Source: Basidiobolus meristosporus CBS 931.73 (lineage: Eukaryota > Fungi > Basidiobolomycota). Taken from it: a stretch of DNA of 64,000 nucleotides. The DNA lies in the NCBI GenBank assembly GCA_002104905.1, contig MCFE01000325.1, positions 30,733-94,732 of the forward strand. The letters are read 5' to 3'. The position numbers and the translations under genes were made by a program. Below, piece after piece: positions 24,788 through 38,799 of this stretch (positions are counted from its first letter, which is position 1; each line of letters starts with the position of its first letter). The notes beneath the pieces are model-generated. The model did not search any database. It saw only the letters and a list, made by a program, of their open reading frames with translations, and had not been told where the DNA came from.

Positions 24788-25699
24788 TATAGCCTTTTTT
24801 TTACACTCCTTACTTCCTGACTCAACTGTTCTTCTTACTTTTTGGAGATGTGAGTAAGGGTTGAGGACTTAGATTCAATTAGTAAATCTGATAGAGTATA
24901 ACTATATCATTTTACTTGACTCTAGTGGAGTAGTGCATAATGTGCAAAGCCATTAAATCAAAGTAAGGTGGAGGCAAAAGTATTGCAAAAAGTGAGGTGG
25001 GTTTTATATCAAACTTCATTTCAAGAATCAGGCTATAGTATGAATAGAGCTCAGAGATAAGTGGAAGCAAAGCACTAAGATAAGGTGTAAAGCCATAATG
25101 CCATTTCTGCAAAGCCAGCGTATCCTGCACAAGGCAAGTGCTTAGGTTTAATTGCATTTCACATGGCAGGAAGCTTCTAGAGAACAAGCTACTTACAAAG
25201 CTAAAATAGCAACTCTCCCAAATAGCCTGACATGAGCATTTTTGGGCCTTGTATCAGCCCTACTCTAAGAAAAAAAATTAAGAAAAGGCCAGCAAAGTAC
25301 CATCATAATATCAGCTGAATTCCAAGTTCCCTGAAATTGACCGCTCTCAGTATCTCTGTTATCAGCTGACAGGCAGGCAAGAAAACCAATTCTTCAGGGG
25401 GATATTAGGCAAACTAGCATCCATACCAAATTTGGTAATTAGCTGCCCATTACTCCCATCAAAAATTACATTTAGAATCTTGAACCAAAAACACCAGCGG
25501 AATGCCAGCTGAAATTCAGATGAATTCCAAGTTTGAGATTTTTCATAGGGGCTAGAGTTTATAACTCCATGCTTGACCTTAAATTCAAGAATATAGGAGG
25601 CTTTGCAATGAGGAATTAGCAAAATTAAGCACTTTTAAGTAGGAAAAAGAAAATACTTGACTAGACAATGATATCCACCAAAGAGAGTGCTTGAGAATC

Positions 25700-28600
25700 T
25701 GTTAAGCCAACAGCAACCATTATTGCAGTTACTGCATTAGGGAGACAATATCAGACAGGTAAATCAGACACTTGATATCTTATGAACACAAGTTGGTTGT
25801 GTAGGTGGATCCAATGCAGTGCAGCCATTGGGATCCTGCAAGGAGGCTGTCATAATGTCAGCAGCTTGGAGTTATTGCCCCTCTACACAACCTTATGACA
25901 GGATCAAGATGTTGCTTTGCTGAATTCACTGCCAAATAAAGTTAAAAGCTTGACAAACTTTGAGCAGTCTTTTGACAAGAACTGCATGGCATTCTGATGG
26001 TATTAATACTCTGTACATTTATTTGAGCTATCTAACCAGCCAATACATTTGGTTGCCACTTACAGCAAGAAGCTAAATAGTGTTTTGACAGCCACATTGT
26101 GGACCTCTGCTGGAATTGCAACAGTAATATAGTGGCTTGTAGCTAGCTCTGTATAATGCCACTGTGCAAGCTAACTAAATGGTACTTGCTTTTCTACCCC
26201 ACTTGTGCTATTCTTATATTCCACAGTAAAATACCCTTCTTTATTTGATTACCTACTACTACCTTTGGCATTCCATATATAGCTCAAATGAAACAAACTA
26301 CAGCTTCCTGCTTACTAACCTTTACATATGTGCACACCCACTGCAATTAACATACATCAATCACCACAAATTTACAGCTTTTCAGTGTAATACCTGTAAA
26401 GCTGCCATATACCTTGTATTGCTGGTAACATATACATCTTGCAAATGTATGCATGCTTACCACCACTTTGCCATGAACACTTCCTGAATATCCCTAAGGA
26501 GTTTTTTGCTATTTAGCCTATGTATTTCTTGTCCCTGCTGGATTCTAGTCCCCCTTTAAGGTGCAATCTTGCTCTTATTTGTGTGAATTTTGTATTGAAT
26601 GGCCAAGAAATTGGCTTGTGACCAAGAAAAACATGGCATACTTTGGTAAGTTGTCTTGATAATAGTTAGTTGCTTATTGTGTCCAACTATGCATTACTTA
26701 ACTGATTATCCACACATTGGGGCTGTTAGCTTCTTAATGCCAAAGGCATTGGTGGCTCCATGTGCACATCTGTCCTCAATATTTTCCAACTTTTCCTGGC
26801 TGTCCTCCATGTGCCAACTCATCACATCCATCACAGACTTGAATGTAATATTCTTGATGAGATTGTGATATGGTAATATCTGTGACTTGGCTTGTCTTTC
26901 TATCATCTCACACATCCACTGCATATAGTACTCTCAAAAGGTGAACAAAAGCCCAATATTCTGCTCACACCAAGCAAGATGAGTAGTGAGTAGTTACAGT
27001 AGCAACAGTGATCTACATATTTAGCTTCATACTTGTAATACAGCCACTTAAATTTCATTACAAACTCCTTGCATAATGGCTGCAGATATGCAAAGTTGGC
27101 CTAGGTAATCTACTTCTGGATAAATTTTCCTAGAATGTCAACTGATGACTCCCAATTCATCCAATGTACACTTGGTAGGAGTGGCTTCAGAAGGCCAGTT
27201 GAATAAATATATATCCAGTTCAGGTTGATAAGACTGGGTGGCCAGCAGGATTTGCAAGTGGAATACTTGTTTAATGAGAATCCATGAAGTGCTAAGGCAA
27301 ATGCATGGTCATACCCACCTTCAAAGTAGTCCTTGCATCTTTGATTTTTGTGATACTTACTGTTGAATTTATTGGATATGTTTGCACTTGATTGGTTCCA
27401 AGTGTGGAACTTAATAGCTTCATAATATTTGTTGAGCTGTCTGAGCTTCTTTAGATGGGGTATTACTGGAATATATCTGGAGTGTGCGTAATGTTTTCAA
27501 CCTTTGGTGGCAGATTTCTGAAAAGTTGGACACCTTGCAATATTGGCCTTTTCTGATGTGAATGCCATACCCCTGTTAATGCATGCTGGTATCCGGACAG
27601 TCTCTGGGCCATATGTTCCCAGCTGCATCATGGCTCTTCATTTGTATCATGTACATGGTAAGCTGTATCCTGGAATGGTTTGGAAAGAAGTAGTAGTAGA
27701 TCTTCAAAGCCCCCATTGCTGATATTTGTAGAAAACACTACTCCTCAAGCCACAACATCACATTATGGACCAGTAGATGGATTACTAGGCTTACTTGGCT
27801 CCATAGAGTTTCCTCAGCATCTCTTTCTATGGGTGTTGTCTTATTCCTATTGGGGTTTTGGTGGGCTCATGCAGGGTACTACTGTTAGGAGAGATAGGCT
27901 CACAATCCATCAGTGAGCCATCTTCTTCAGAGCAATCACTCTGTGTGCCATATTCACAAGGCTGTGGTGAGCTTAAAGGTGTCACAAACTCAGTTGACTC
28001 AGTTTGCGCAAGGTGACAAGTACAGCTAGGTGCTATTATAGTAGCATCAAGTGGCCTGCAAGATATTGTTGGCACAGTAGTGACTGATGAATGGTTAAAT
28101 AATGACTTGTGTGGCAAAACACTCTCCATCATCCTTGTAATACTTCCTATGCTGTTTGCATGCATCATGGCTGAGTGACTTGCTACAATAGCTACTAGGT
28201 CTTTTTTCTCTTCTCTTATGGTACTGAATGATAGAAGTGTTCATCATGCAGCAAACAGTCTGACACTCACTAATGTACCACTATCATACCACTTTGATGC
28301 CAGCAATCATGCATATTCAAGACAGTCATGTATTTGAGATATTGTCCTACATGAATGTATGATTCAATGATGACCTGCCATTGTAAGCACTATAAATAAA
28401 GTTATGGCACCACTTACACACATATATTTAACAATATTTCCCCTTTGGCTTGACTCACTTCCATATATATGCTGGCAAAAAAAAGCAAAGTTGTCTGGTT
28501 CCCAACCAAACCTTACTGTTGATAGCAGCCAAAGAGCAGTTGGACAACAGCTTGCCCAACAAATGATAATCTGGTCCCATGGGTGGATTCAATCCAGATC

Positions 28601-31600
28601 AGCTGTTAGGATCCCATCAAGAGACTATTATAATACTGGCAACTTGAAATTAATGACCCTCTACACAATTTAGGCCTACAGCTAGTTCTGTATAATGCCG
28701 CTGTACAAATTTACCAAATGGTATTTCCTTTTTACCTCCCCTTAGGCAATGCTACATGCATCTGGGGAATCACCCCACTTTATTTGTCCACCAATTACTA
28801 CTTTGGGTATTTCATGTGTAGTTTAAAGCAGAAAATACTATGACCTCCTGCTGATTAACCTTTGTAACGTGTGCACCAGCCACCATTGACCTATTTCTAT
28901 CACCTCAGCTTTATGGCTTTTCAGTGTGATACTTGCAAAGCTCCATATACCTTTGATTGCTGGTGGTATATACACCTTGCAAAAGTATACTTAGTTGCCA
29001 CCACTTTTGCCATGAATACCTCCTGAATATCCAAAAAGAGCATTTTGGTATTTAGCTAATATGCTCCTTCTCCCTGCTTGCTGCTAAGCTTCTTAATGGC
29101 AAGGGCACAAGTGATGCTATGTGCAAACTTGTCCTCAGTATCTTACACCACTTCCTGACTATCCTTCATGTGCCAACCCATTACATCAATGACTGATTAG
29201 AAGGTAAGATTCTTGATGAGATTGAGATCCAGTAGTACTTGCAACTTGACATGTCTCCCTATCTCCCCTCACATCTGCTTCATAGGAAACTACCAAAATC
29301 TGTAGCAAGGCCCAATGTTCTCCACACACCAAGCAAGATGTAGTAGAGAATGGATACAGCAGCAGCATAGAGCTACGCATTCAGCTTTATATTTGTAGTA
29401 TACCTGCTAATATCCTAGCACAAACTCCTTGCACAAAAGCTATTGATGTGTTGGGTTGGCATTGGCACTCTGCTTCTGGAAGAATATTCCTAAAATGTCC
29501 GCATATGACTCCCAAAAATTCCAATGTTCTCTTAGTAGAAATGGCTACAGAAGGCCACTTGAATAAATATATATCCAGCTCATTCAGTCCTTGCACTTGT
29601 ATTGTCCTATATGAGTATGAATGTTGATCAGAGCCTGTGAGATGTGCCTGAGGTAGCAGATAATCTGTAGCATCTTGCCAATTCTTTCAAATCTTTCTGG
29701 TATCTTAAAGGGCTCATTGGCTTGAATTCCCCATTTACAACTTGGTCATCAGTAATGGGATATTGTTGAAGAGCAAATGCATTGCCCCATTGGTAAGCTT
29801 ATACTCCATCAGATACCCTCTATCTGAAGTATTTCCAGTTTCCAATTCAATCCATATTCTGGCCTACGGCTTGTAGCTTACCAACTTTGCTGCAATTCCA
29901 TGCTGACTTCTAAGCTGCGCACAAGCAATTCTGCATGCATTTACACAGTATGGGCTGGTTGCATTAACTTGTACCTCAACTCTGGGAACCAAAGAGATTT
30001 TGAATGAGTTTTTGCTTCTAATGATTAATGTAATGCATGTCATACTAGTGAAGCTACATGGCATCCAAGTGCAATATACACAGGACTCATTAAGGTAACA
30101 ACTTCAAAGTATCAGACAGAGGGTAAGTAAATACCCTAAGGAATTACAATGTGAGGTTCAAGAGGAAAAATACAGATTGCAAGCAACTGCATCTAGATTG
30201 CGACAGCACACCTTGCTGGATTCCTCACCATCCCCTCCACATGTTGGTCCAATCTATGCCAACGCCCTTCACAAGAGTGCCTTGGATTAAGTCAACCTGC
30301 ATTTGATCAATACGCATGCTTCAAAAAAAAGATACCAAAACTCACCAGGCTGCTCATTTAGCCACAGGTCCATTGGAGCAGGCCAAGTTGCATCAGCATG
30401 GAACATCACATCAAACACAGCTAGGTGCGGTGCTTCATAGCTTTGCAATACTTGTTGGACTGCCAAAGCTTCAGTAGATAGGGTATTAATGGGATACATC
30501 TAGAGTGAGAATGATATTTTCCTCCATTGGTGGTGGATTTCTGACTAGTTGGACACCTTACAATGGTGGCATTTTTTGATGTGAATGCCAGGGAGCTGTT
30601 AATGCATGCTGGTATCAGGACAGTCTCTGGGTTGTATGTTGCCAGCCACATGACTGTTGTCCATTTATTCCATGTATTTGGCAAGTAGCATCCTGGTTGA
30701 TTTTGGCAAGAAGTGGTAGTAAATCTTCTTCAAAGCTATCACTCTGTGTGCCATATTCAAAAGGCTGGGGTGAGCCTAAAGGTGTCACAAACTCACCTGA
30801 CTCAGTTTGTGCAAGGTGACAGGTACAGCCAGGTGTGGTTTTAGAAGTATCAGCTGGCTGATAAGATATTATTGGAATAGTAGTGACTGATGACTAGTCA
30901 AATGTGACATATGTAGCAAAACACTGGCCATGATCCTTGCAATACTTCCTATGCTGTCTCTTATGGCATTGTATCAAAGTAGTCTTGTCCATTAGGTTAA
31001 CAGTTTGACACTCAGCAATGCAACACTATTATATCATTTTTTGGTCAAATCTCATGTGGATTTAGGATAGTCTTGTATTTGAGACATGGCACCTAGATGA
31101 ATGTCGGATTCAGTGATGACCTGCCATAGCAAGCATTATACACAAAGCTGTGGCATCACCTACACATGTATGTGTAACATCATCTCCCCTTTGGTCTGAC
31201 TTACTTCCATATAGATGCAGCCACAAATTAAAGCAAAGTTGTCTGATTCCAACCAAGCCCCAGTTCAAGCTATAGCAGAAAAGTGGCCAGAAAACTGCTT
31301 GCTCTGATATTCAGTGAAACAAGCAGAGCTGCATTCAAAAGGACTATGTTGAGAGTGTGCCCACTGAAGGTAATAATGCAACTTCTGAGAATCTCAGTAG
31401 CCAATGTCACTGCCAAGAATTAAGCCATTTCCTGAGGTAACAGAGGAGAAACAGCATTCAGTCTATGTAGCTCATCAACAGTGCTAAAAGGTAAAGCTTA
31501 CAGAAAAACCTATCATATCAAAGGAGCAAGAGACTGCAGCATTCACACTCAAGCCCAATAATTACAAGATAATGAGGATCAATGAAGCTTCTGAGTGCAC

Positions 31601-32060
31601 TGATGAGCAGTGGGCTAATATTCAACAGGCTTTCATAAATGTAATATGGCATCACCTCAAGGCCTGTACACCATGGGACTATTACAAGCTCAAGGCCAAG
31701 CAGAAAGAGCTTGACCTGGTCCAAGAGCATTATCCTGGATTTAAATAAGCAAAAGATTTTGGGTCTGCATCAGGGTACTAAGAAAGCATCTCCAGAGTAG
31801 CTGACACTATTGAAGGCAGAAGAAAAAGGGTGCCTTGGTTAAAACAAGAAAATTTCCTCAGAGCCTGTCATAAGCAGGGCTGAAAGCTCCAAAAAGCAGC
31901 ATAGAAATATTATGTAATCAGAATAGTTTCTGAAAGGGATAAGTAGGCAAAATCAGATGCTATAGAGCAGCATTTATTGAGCAGAAAATTTAGCTAATAC
32001 AGAAAGCACTCAGTGCAAGGAGCAGTAAATTCAGCTTCAGAGGGTGTTAAGCAGGTAGAG
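25700..32060 (-). mobile_element. Cluster of deleted and rearranged CACTA-like copies (transposase on minus ~25780-28420, 28560-30060, 30430-31150; ORF2 remnant on plus ~31300-32060)
   Basis: Repeated homology to 9250-10914 and 54011-61255, including DUF4218-like and Transposase_21 segments. No long ORF survives. Confidence 0.75.
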
Positions 32061-32149
32061 CTGTTGTTGGGCAACTATTCTTGATGTACACTCCAGTAGC
32101 AAAAAATTCTGCAACAAACATATGGGCTATTGCCTTGTCATATTGTATA

Positions 32150-33920
32150 TATCTTCCCACCAATACTATTATTCTATTTGCATATTTGGCTACTCCATTT
32201 TGCTAAAGAGTATTTAAAACAGTGTCCTCTTTAAGTATACAAGTAATTGGGCTGTACTTTGCAAGCTGCTTACAACAGTGCTGTACTTCATTGTCACTTG
32301 AAATGCAAATTTTAGTCCCTGAGTAGTTACAGCAAGTTGTCCTGTGGCTTCTTTCTGATGTTGACAAACTTACTTTTTAAACAAGCTTACTTGATTCTGA
32401 CGTTACTCTGAGGATCTTCTCTAGGGATTTGCATGCTGCTGTGGCAGAATTAGAAGCATGAGCTTTCCAATGATAGAATATTCACATTGATACATATATT
32501 TTCCAAGGCTTTCCTCTTCTTTTCTTAAAACCTGTCAGCTCCTTCTGATATTACTGCCAAAAAGACAGGGAATGAGGCTCTGGAGAAATTCAGGCACTTT
32601 GGGAACATGGCAAAAACACAAAATTGGTTTAAGTTGAAGGTGATGACATTACAATGTTGTATAAAAACTTGTAATTCAACCTATATACTTACCTAGCTGA
32701 GTCACATAGATCATGACCTTAAAATCCCAGAGAACACTAATCAGGTTACTTGTCAGGACTGATTTAGAATGCTCTCATCAAAACATCAGGCACCCAGAAA
32801 ACAAGACCTACTAATGTATGCAAACAGCCCCAAGCTTGGCACACTTGCTCTTGGGACCTTCCTAAACATACTCTGTGTGTTTGTTATGCTATGATCATAT
32901 AAAGTACATATACTACTTTGTATTCAATAAGTTATTAAATGAAAACCACTTCATCTACTTGTTCTCCCAGATGCCTCCAATATCTTTAAGACTCCTCCAA
33001 CACAATGGAGGGGAATGCTGCTCTAAGAAGCTCAAGATATACTACCCTATTGCTGGTATACCGCATCTAATCATTGTTCCCCATGCCTCACAGCCAAATG
33101 GAGTAGCAAGTTGTGCAAGCAGGACAATAGGAGAGAGGAGAAGTTCTGCACTATATGATAAAGGACTACACCACTGTTCCTAGGAAAAATCTGTTACTGC
33201 CACAGTATACATCAAGAATAGATGCCCAATAACAGCACTACTTAACTTGGCCCCTTTTGAGGGAGGTAAAGGCAAAAAAACAAACCTAGAGCATTGTGTA
33301 CTCTTGGCAGTGATATATGCTAGCACATCCATCACAAAACATACTCAAATATAGCTGAAAATCCACCCAAACATGTCAAACCTAAGTATGAAGATAAGCA
33401 ACATCACTTTGTGAGAGAAGCCATTTTGAATAACATGATAAATTTGGTTTGCTACTCAACTGAAAAAATGGTGGCAGGTATATTAGCAAGACCTTTACAA
33501 GGGCAGGATTTCAAGAGCTTGTAAAAACTTTTGTTTCAGCATTTTTTGCTTCAAAGGCAGTGTCATATATTAGACTATTTTGTTTCATTTGGTAGCTAAG
33601 AATTTAGCTGCATTTCTGGACTAGTCTCAGCAGCTGTAAGCCTAATTTACAGCCATAACTTTGCCACTTTCTAACCAACCTATGATCCTATGGTTGCCTC
33701 ACTGTAGCAAAGATCAGATTTGCACTTGTACCAAGTATTATGTATGGACCCTGAAACTGTTGAATCAAGCTCTTTAATATGGTGGAGCTTTCCTAACTTG
33801 GCATTATGGTTGTATTACCTCACAAAGAGAAATATACCAAGCTTTTGTTATACATACACTACAGGTCAACTGTAATGACTATTTCTTGATGAGTTCATCT
33901 ATTGGAAACATTTCAAAAAC
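32150..33920. mobile_element. Highly decayed copia family C-like fragments (gag on minus ~32200-32650; IN and RNase H end plus 3' LTR from 33561 on plus)
   Basis: Short stretches align by eye to 47019-51703 (e.g. CAGCCAAATGGAGTAGCA, CAACATCACTTTGTGAGAGAAGC). Confidence 0.55.
32655..33002 (+). repeat. Old solo LTR related to copia family A
   Basis: TGTTGT...CCAACA, 348 bp, shares AAACAGCCCCAA and GAAAACCAC..TCTACTTGTTCTCCCA. No intact TSD. Confidence 0.75.
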
Positions 33921-33959
33921 TAAATCTTACTCAGGCCTTGTTGTGAAGGGCTCCTGAGT

Positions 33960-36950
33960 AGGCTACTTGGTTATATCACTATCAGTTTCTTCATTTCTAT
34001 CAACTATGTGCTGCTCAAACAGAGCTAAGCCTTTTGCTTCAAAAATGTTGACTAGCTCATCTACTTCTGCCCACTTGTCCTTTACTAGCATGCTACTACC
34101 AGGTGCTTCTTTGAAAAGGATATATTGATTCATCTGCTGAGTAATACTACTGATTATGTAGATAGCTGTAATATATTGATGGGCTGAATGTAAAACAAAT
34201 TGATTAGCAAGAAACTGCTCCAACCTGAATATACAATTGGTTAACACTTACATTCTTCCCCATTGAGTCTGGGAGGGTTCTTGCAAATCTCTTTTGTTGC
34301 AGTACTGTTACTGTCAGTAGGTCTTGCAGGCTTGAGTCTGTTACTGTGACTTAAATCTTCTTGGGTATTACTTTGTTTGTCTGCTATATGGTTGGTTGCA
34401 AATATATCTTTGCTAATGGTATTAAATGGTCTTGTTTATTGTGGCACAAACATCTTTCATGTCTTATATCTCAGTAACATAGAGTTCCTAACTGTCAATA
34501 CTACTGGTGCCACAGTTTCTTCAAATCTCTGCTTCCTCATTTTGGCACATTTAAACACCTTGACCTGTGCCTCTTAATGTCTTTGTTCCATTTGCTGGTC
34601 TTTAATTAGCTGAAGGAGCTCATCCTCCAAAGTGTCTGCAAACTTTTGTTGTAAACAATAACCTGAAATTCCTGGTTCAAATTTATATACTAAGCTCATG
34701 TTCATTGTTGGGTAGTGCAGTGCTCTATGACTCTGCAGAGAAATATTACTTAGTCTCTATACATTTGCTCCTCTCTCAGACAAGATTCCCACAGGACATA
34801 CAAAGGTCATTAGGATCTTGTTGTATATGAAATTTGCAGCTTCTTGTTCACTGGTTACCGGTACAGCTTCAGCAACAGGCTATCCAATGGCATGGTCAAT
34901 TGCTACTAGTATCCATTGGTTATAATTCCTAGTGGTAAGGGGTGTTCCAATGAAGTTCATTGATCACCTTTCAAATGGTCTTATTGGCTCCAAAGGAGAG
35001 AGTATAGCAATTCACTATGATGTGCCATAATTGATTTGGCAGCCTGGGCATGTTTTTGCTAGCTTCTCAATCATGTTTTTTTCAGTGCTGCCATGATTGG
35101 GCCTTCACTAGGCAACAGGTTCTGTCAGTTTCAAGGTGACCATATCCATTGTGAACCTTGTGTGATAAACCTTTACATGGCATGCAAGGGAGTATTAAGT
35201 CCAGGTGAGCAACACAAGGGCACCAGGCATTAGGGCTTCCACCAAATATTTGGCAGTGGGTTTCATCCTGTACTACTAACCTGCTGGCTTGATCCCAGAT
35301 CTTCCTCTTGGTATCTTCATCTCCAGCTGTTGAAATATTGGACTATTTGGTTTAATTCAGCAGTTAAAAGTTTACTTAATAACTCTGGAATATTCTTGGT
35401 CACTGTAGGACTAACTAGCAGCCCTAACTTTGCCACTTTCTTCAGATCTATGATCATATGATTATTCCATTATGGTCAAGATTAAATTAATACTTTTGCC
35501 AAACATTATGTAATAGTCATGAAGTTGTTGCAGAATGCTCCTGAATGCTGAGACACCCTCCTTACTTAGTGTTACAGCTGTAATACTTCTGCAAAGGTAT
35601 AATTACCGAGCTTCTTTATGAATAAACAATATCTCAACTATTATCACTATTACTTGATAAGTTACTTGTATCCAAATCACTTATTAGATTGTAACACAAG
35701 CATCTCCTTCTCCTGAGCTAGATAGTCATGTCCTGATGCGCTCAATTCTGAGACTAAAGGGCAATTGGGTATTCCATTCCCTCATGTCTTTGGCTGAGTA
35801 CTCCACCAGTTGCATACTCTGAAGTGTCTGTGTAGAGAGTTAAATCTTTTCTGAAGTCAGGTATTGTAAAGCTCTGCAGCTAAGCAAGCCCACTCTTGAG
35901 CATCTAAACGGCAATTTCCAAGGTTAAATGGCACTTTGATGTTTTTTCTTTCTTGAGGAAACCAACTAAAGGGGCAGCAATACTTGCAAAGGACTGGACA
36001 AGTATCCAAAAAAAGGACACCATTCTAAGAAGTGATCTGGGCTCCAATTTGCCATGAGGCTGCTACAATTATTTTTAACTTCTACTTTTGAGGGCTCAAG
36101 GTCACTCCTGTGCTAGTCATTATGTGTCACAGTCACCTAACATGCTTTTTGAAGCACGCACACATTTCTAACTTGCTATATAGCTTGCTCTCTCCCAACA
36201 CATTCAAATATTCTAACTTTGCAGTAGGTTTTCCTGTTGTGTCGTGCTCTAGATCCATATGTCATTTAGGTAGAGTACCACAAGCTTTTCCAAGTACTCC
36301 CAGAAGTTAGATTGCATCAAAATCATGAATAATGTAGGAGTACAGGTGAAGCCAAAACCCCTGAACAAGTACTCACAATGCTCATAGCTGATCTTGAATG
36401 CTGTTATGGATATATCTTGGGTTGACACTACTCTGGTTGTATCCTGATGTAAGGTATCTTGCTGAATAAGGTGGCTCCTTGAAGATGGTTCAACAGCTCA
36501 TCATTTTAAGGTAAGCAAAGTTTATTACTAATTTCAGTATGGCTCATCAACAGCTTTTTTGCAAAGACTTTGTGACAGGATTTGAGCACTAAAAATAATA
36601 GTGTAAAGCTGAATTTGTAGATACCAATTAATACTATAACTATACTCTGAGCCATCTTGATTGGTGTGTTGTGAGTATTAGGCCTTGCTTCACCTTTTTG
36701 GAGTTGTTTATGGGGTAGATACATTGCAATTTAGGGAAGTGTTTTGGATGTAGGGAACTTACCAAGAAACAATGATAATAGTTGAACTCTTGCCTTTCAT
36801 TCAAGCTCTGACCAATATTCATACATATATGCAACAATACATGTGCCAGGACTGGATGAACTAAATATGTATTAGTTCCGGTGCACTTTTGAGATAACTT
36901 ATGCATAGTGCTTACTGGGGGCATTAGGAGTCATGTATTGCTGTTTAGGA
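33960..36950 (-). mobile_element. Degenerate Ty3/gypsy element F (3' LTR ending at 34252, PPT 34253-34261, IN, RH, RT remnants)
   Basis: Minus translation gives integrase WILVAIDHAIG*PVAEAV and RT GATLFSKI..SGYNQ. The LTR resembles that of element E. Confidence 0.7.
35328..35696 (+). repeat. Solo LTR of copia family C (369 bp) inside gypsy F
   Basis: TGTTGAAATATTGGAC...GTAACA, same length as the LTRs at 47019 and 51335. Near-TSD CCAGC/CAAGC. Confidence 0.88.
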
Positions 36951-38799
36951 GAATTTGTCTTGAAGCAGGTTGCCAGCTCTATTTGAGAGCATTAATGGCT
37001 TTCATATAAGGAGTTTGTGCTGGGATTTGAAGGGTTCTATAATAATCATGAACTTGAATGTGAATACATCTGCCATTACCAAGTCTAGTATCTACTTTAT
37101 AGTGCTCAGTGTGTTAGGAATATTGGGCCCTGCATCACCTTTGGGGAGTATCATGTAGAGTATATGTGTGAAGAGATAGGAAGACAAGTCAAGTTGAAAG
37201 TCCTACTGTATGCTAGTTTCAATAAGAATGTTACCTTTGAGTCTGCCATGTATGTGATAAGTTGGTATAAGGATCACAGCTAAAAGAGTGGGAAAATGCT
37301 GAGGGCAGATATGCTAATGTTGACTCCAATGCATTAGGCACTAAGATGATAAGGCATTGCTATGAAAGGTTAATCAGTTTGGTTGTGCAATATTGGGATG
37401 GACCCAACAGACAACCAATTTGCATCAAGGCAATATTACCAAAGCATGCCAGGTATCTGCTGCAGGCATGCCAAGTTCTATACCACTCAACACAAGATAT
37501 ATGCTACCAAGAATCAAGTGCTCCTATATGTGGGACTACAATCTTGCAGGGCAATGAAATATGTAGGGCAAGTACTAGGAAGTATTTTCCAGATATTCAA
37601 GAGATATTCTGTCACAATGTAGCTGCAAGATGTGCAAGTTACCTGGAATACAAGGTACATGGTACTTGGCAAGCATTGCACTGAAAAGCCACAAAGTCAA
37701 GGTGAAAGAAGTTTGTCAATTGCAGTGAGTTTACACATTCATAGAGGCTAGTAACCTGGAGGCCATGGTTTCTGTAGATTAAGTTATATGTGGAACAGCC
37801 ATGGTAGCAGTGGGTAAGCACATAAGTAGTATTGTTTCAAGAGTAAAATATATCAATGGCATAGAGGAAGGTAGAAAAGCATAATACCATATGGTACATT
37901 AATGCCATTGCAGCTTTCAAGACTAGCTCTAGGAGGATACACTGCTAGGCACATGCCAACAGAGGTCTGCATTAAGGCTGGCAAAACACCAACACCTTTT
38001 CTGCAATACTAGGCAGTTACATGTAATAGCTAGTTAGGCCTGCTCAAATTAATGTAGATCATGTTCAGACTGATGGGGTGCCATGTAAGTCTTGCCAAAA
38101 GACCATTGTATGGTGATAGGTTGATTGCTTTATTTGTCAGTAAAACAGCAAGACACCATAACAATCTATAGGGATATTGCTGAAAAGCAAATGCATTGCT
38201 CCAAGTGGCAAACTTTTGCTGAAACAGATACCCCCTATCTTAAGTATCTCCAGTTCCCATTCATTTCCATATTCTGACTGATGGTTTACAACTTTCTTAC
38301 ACTGCTGCAATTGTATGCGGACTTTTGTACATTCTCTGTCTGGGAAGATGATGTCCATGAGGTTTGTGTTTAGATAAAAATAATGTGTGTGAGTTGTATA
38401 GTCAATCCCATTGATTGCACACTTTTGACAGCAATACTTTTCGTTGTGCCAAGAAAAGCTGGCTATCTTGCAGATGGCTGGGGTTCCTCCAATGCAGATA
38501 ATAATTTGTGCTTTGATATGATGACCAGTTAGTAGTATCCAACTGGAAAGAATACAAAGTTCTTCTAGCAATGAAAACAGGTAGCTGCCCAGGTTGGACA
38601 GTCATTTAGGCTCAGATATCAGTGAAACCACCCTCAGATTTCTGCTCTAAAACTCTAAGATAGGCAGCAGATCCAGGTTGATAAGAATTAGTGGCCAGCA
38701 GGATTTGCTGGTAGAGTACTTGTTTAATGAGAGTCCATCATGTGCCAAGGCAGAGGCATGGTCATACATACCTTCAAGGTAGCCATTGCCTCTTAGTTG
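36950..38799. mobile_element. CACTA-like transposase remnants in opposite orientations (3' part on plus ~36950-38050, central part on minus ~38100-38799)
   Basis: Plus segment encodes EYHVEYMCEEIGRQVKL (DUF4218-like). Minus ORF 38137..38571 encodes HIKAQIIICIGGTPAICKIA...PLGAMHLLFSNIP. Confidence 0.7.

Noticed and set aside
25300-25540. Direct repeat CAG(C/A)TGAATTCCAAGTT about 205 bp apart
   Set aside because: Only two short copies, with no defined element boundaries or TSD; insufficient to call a feature.
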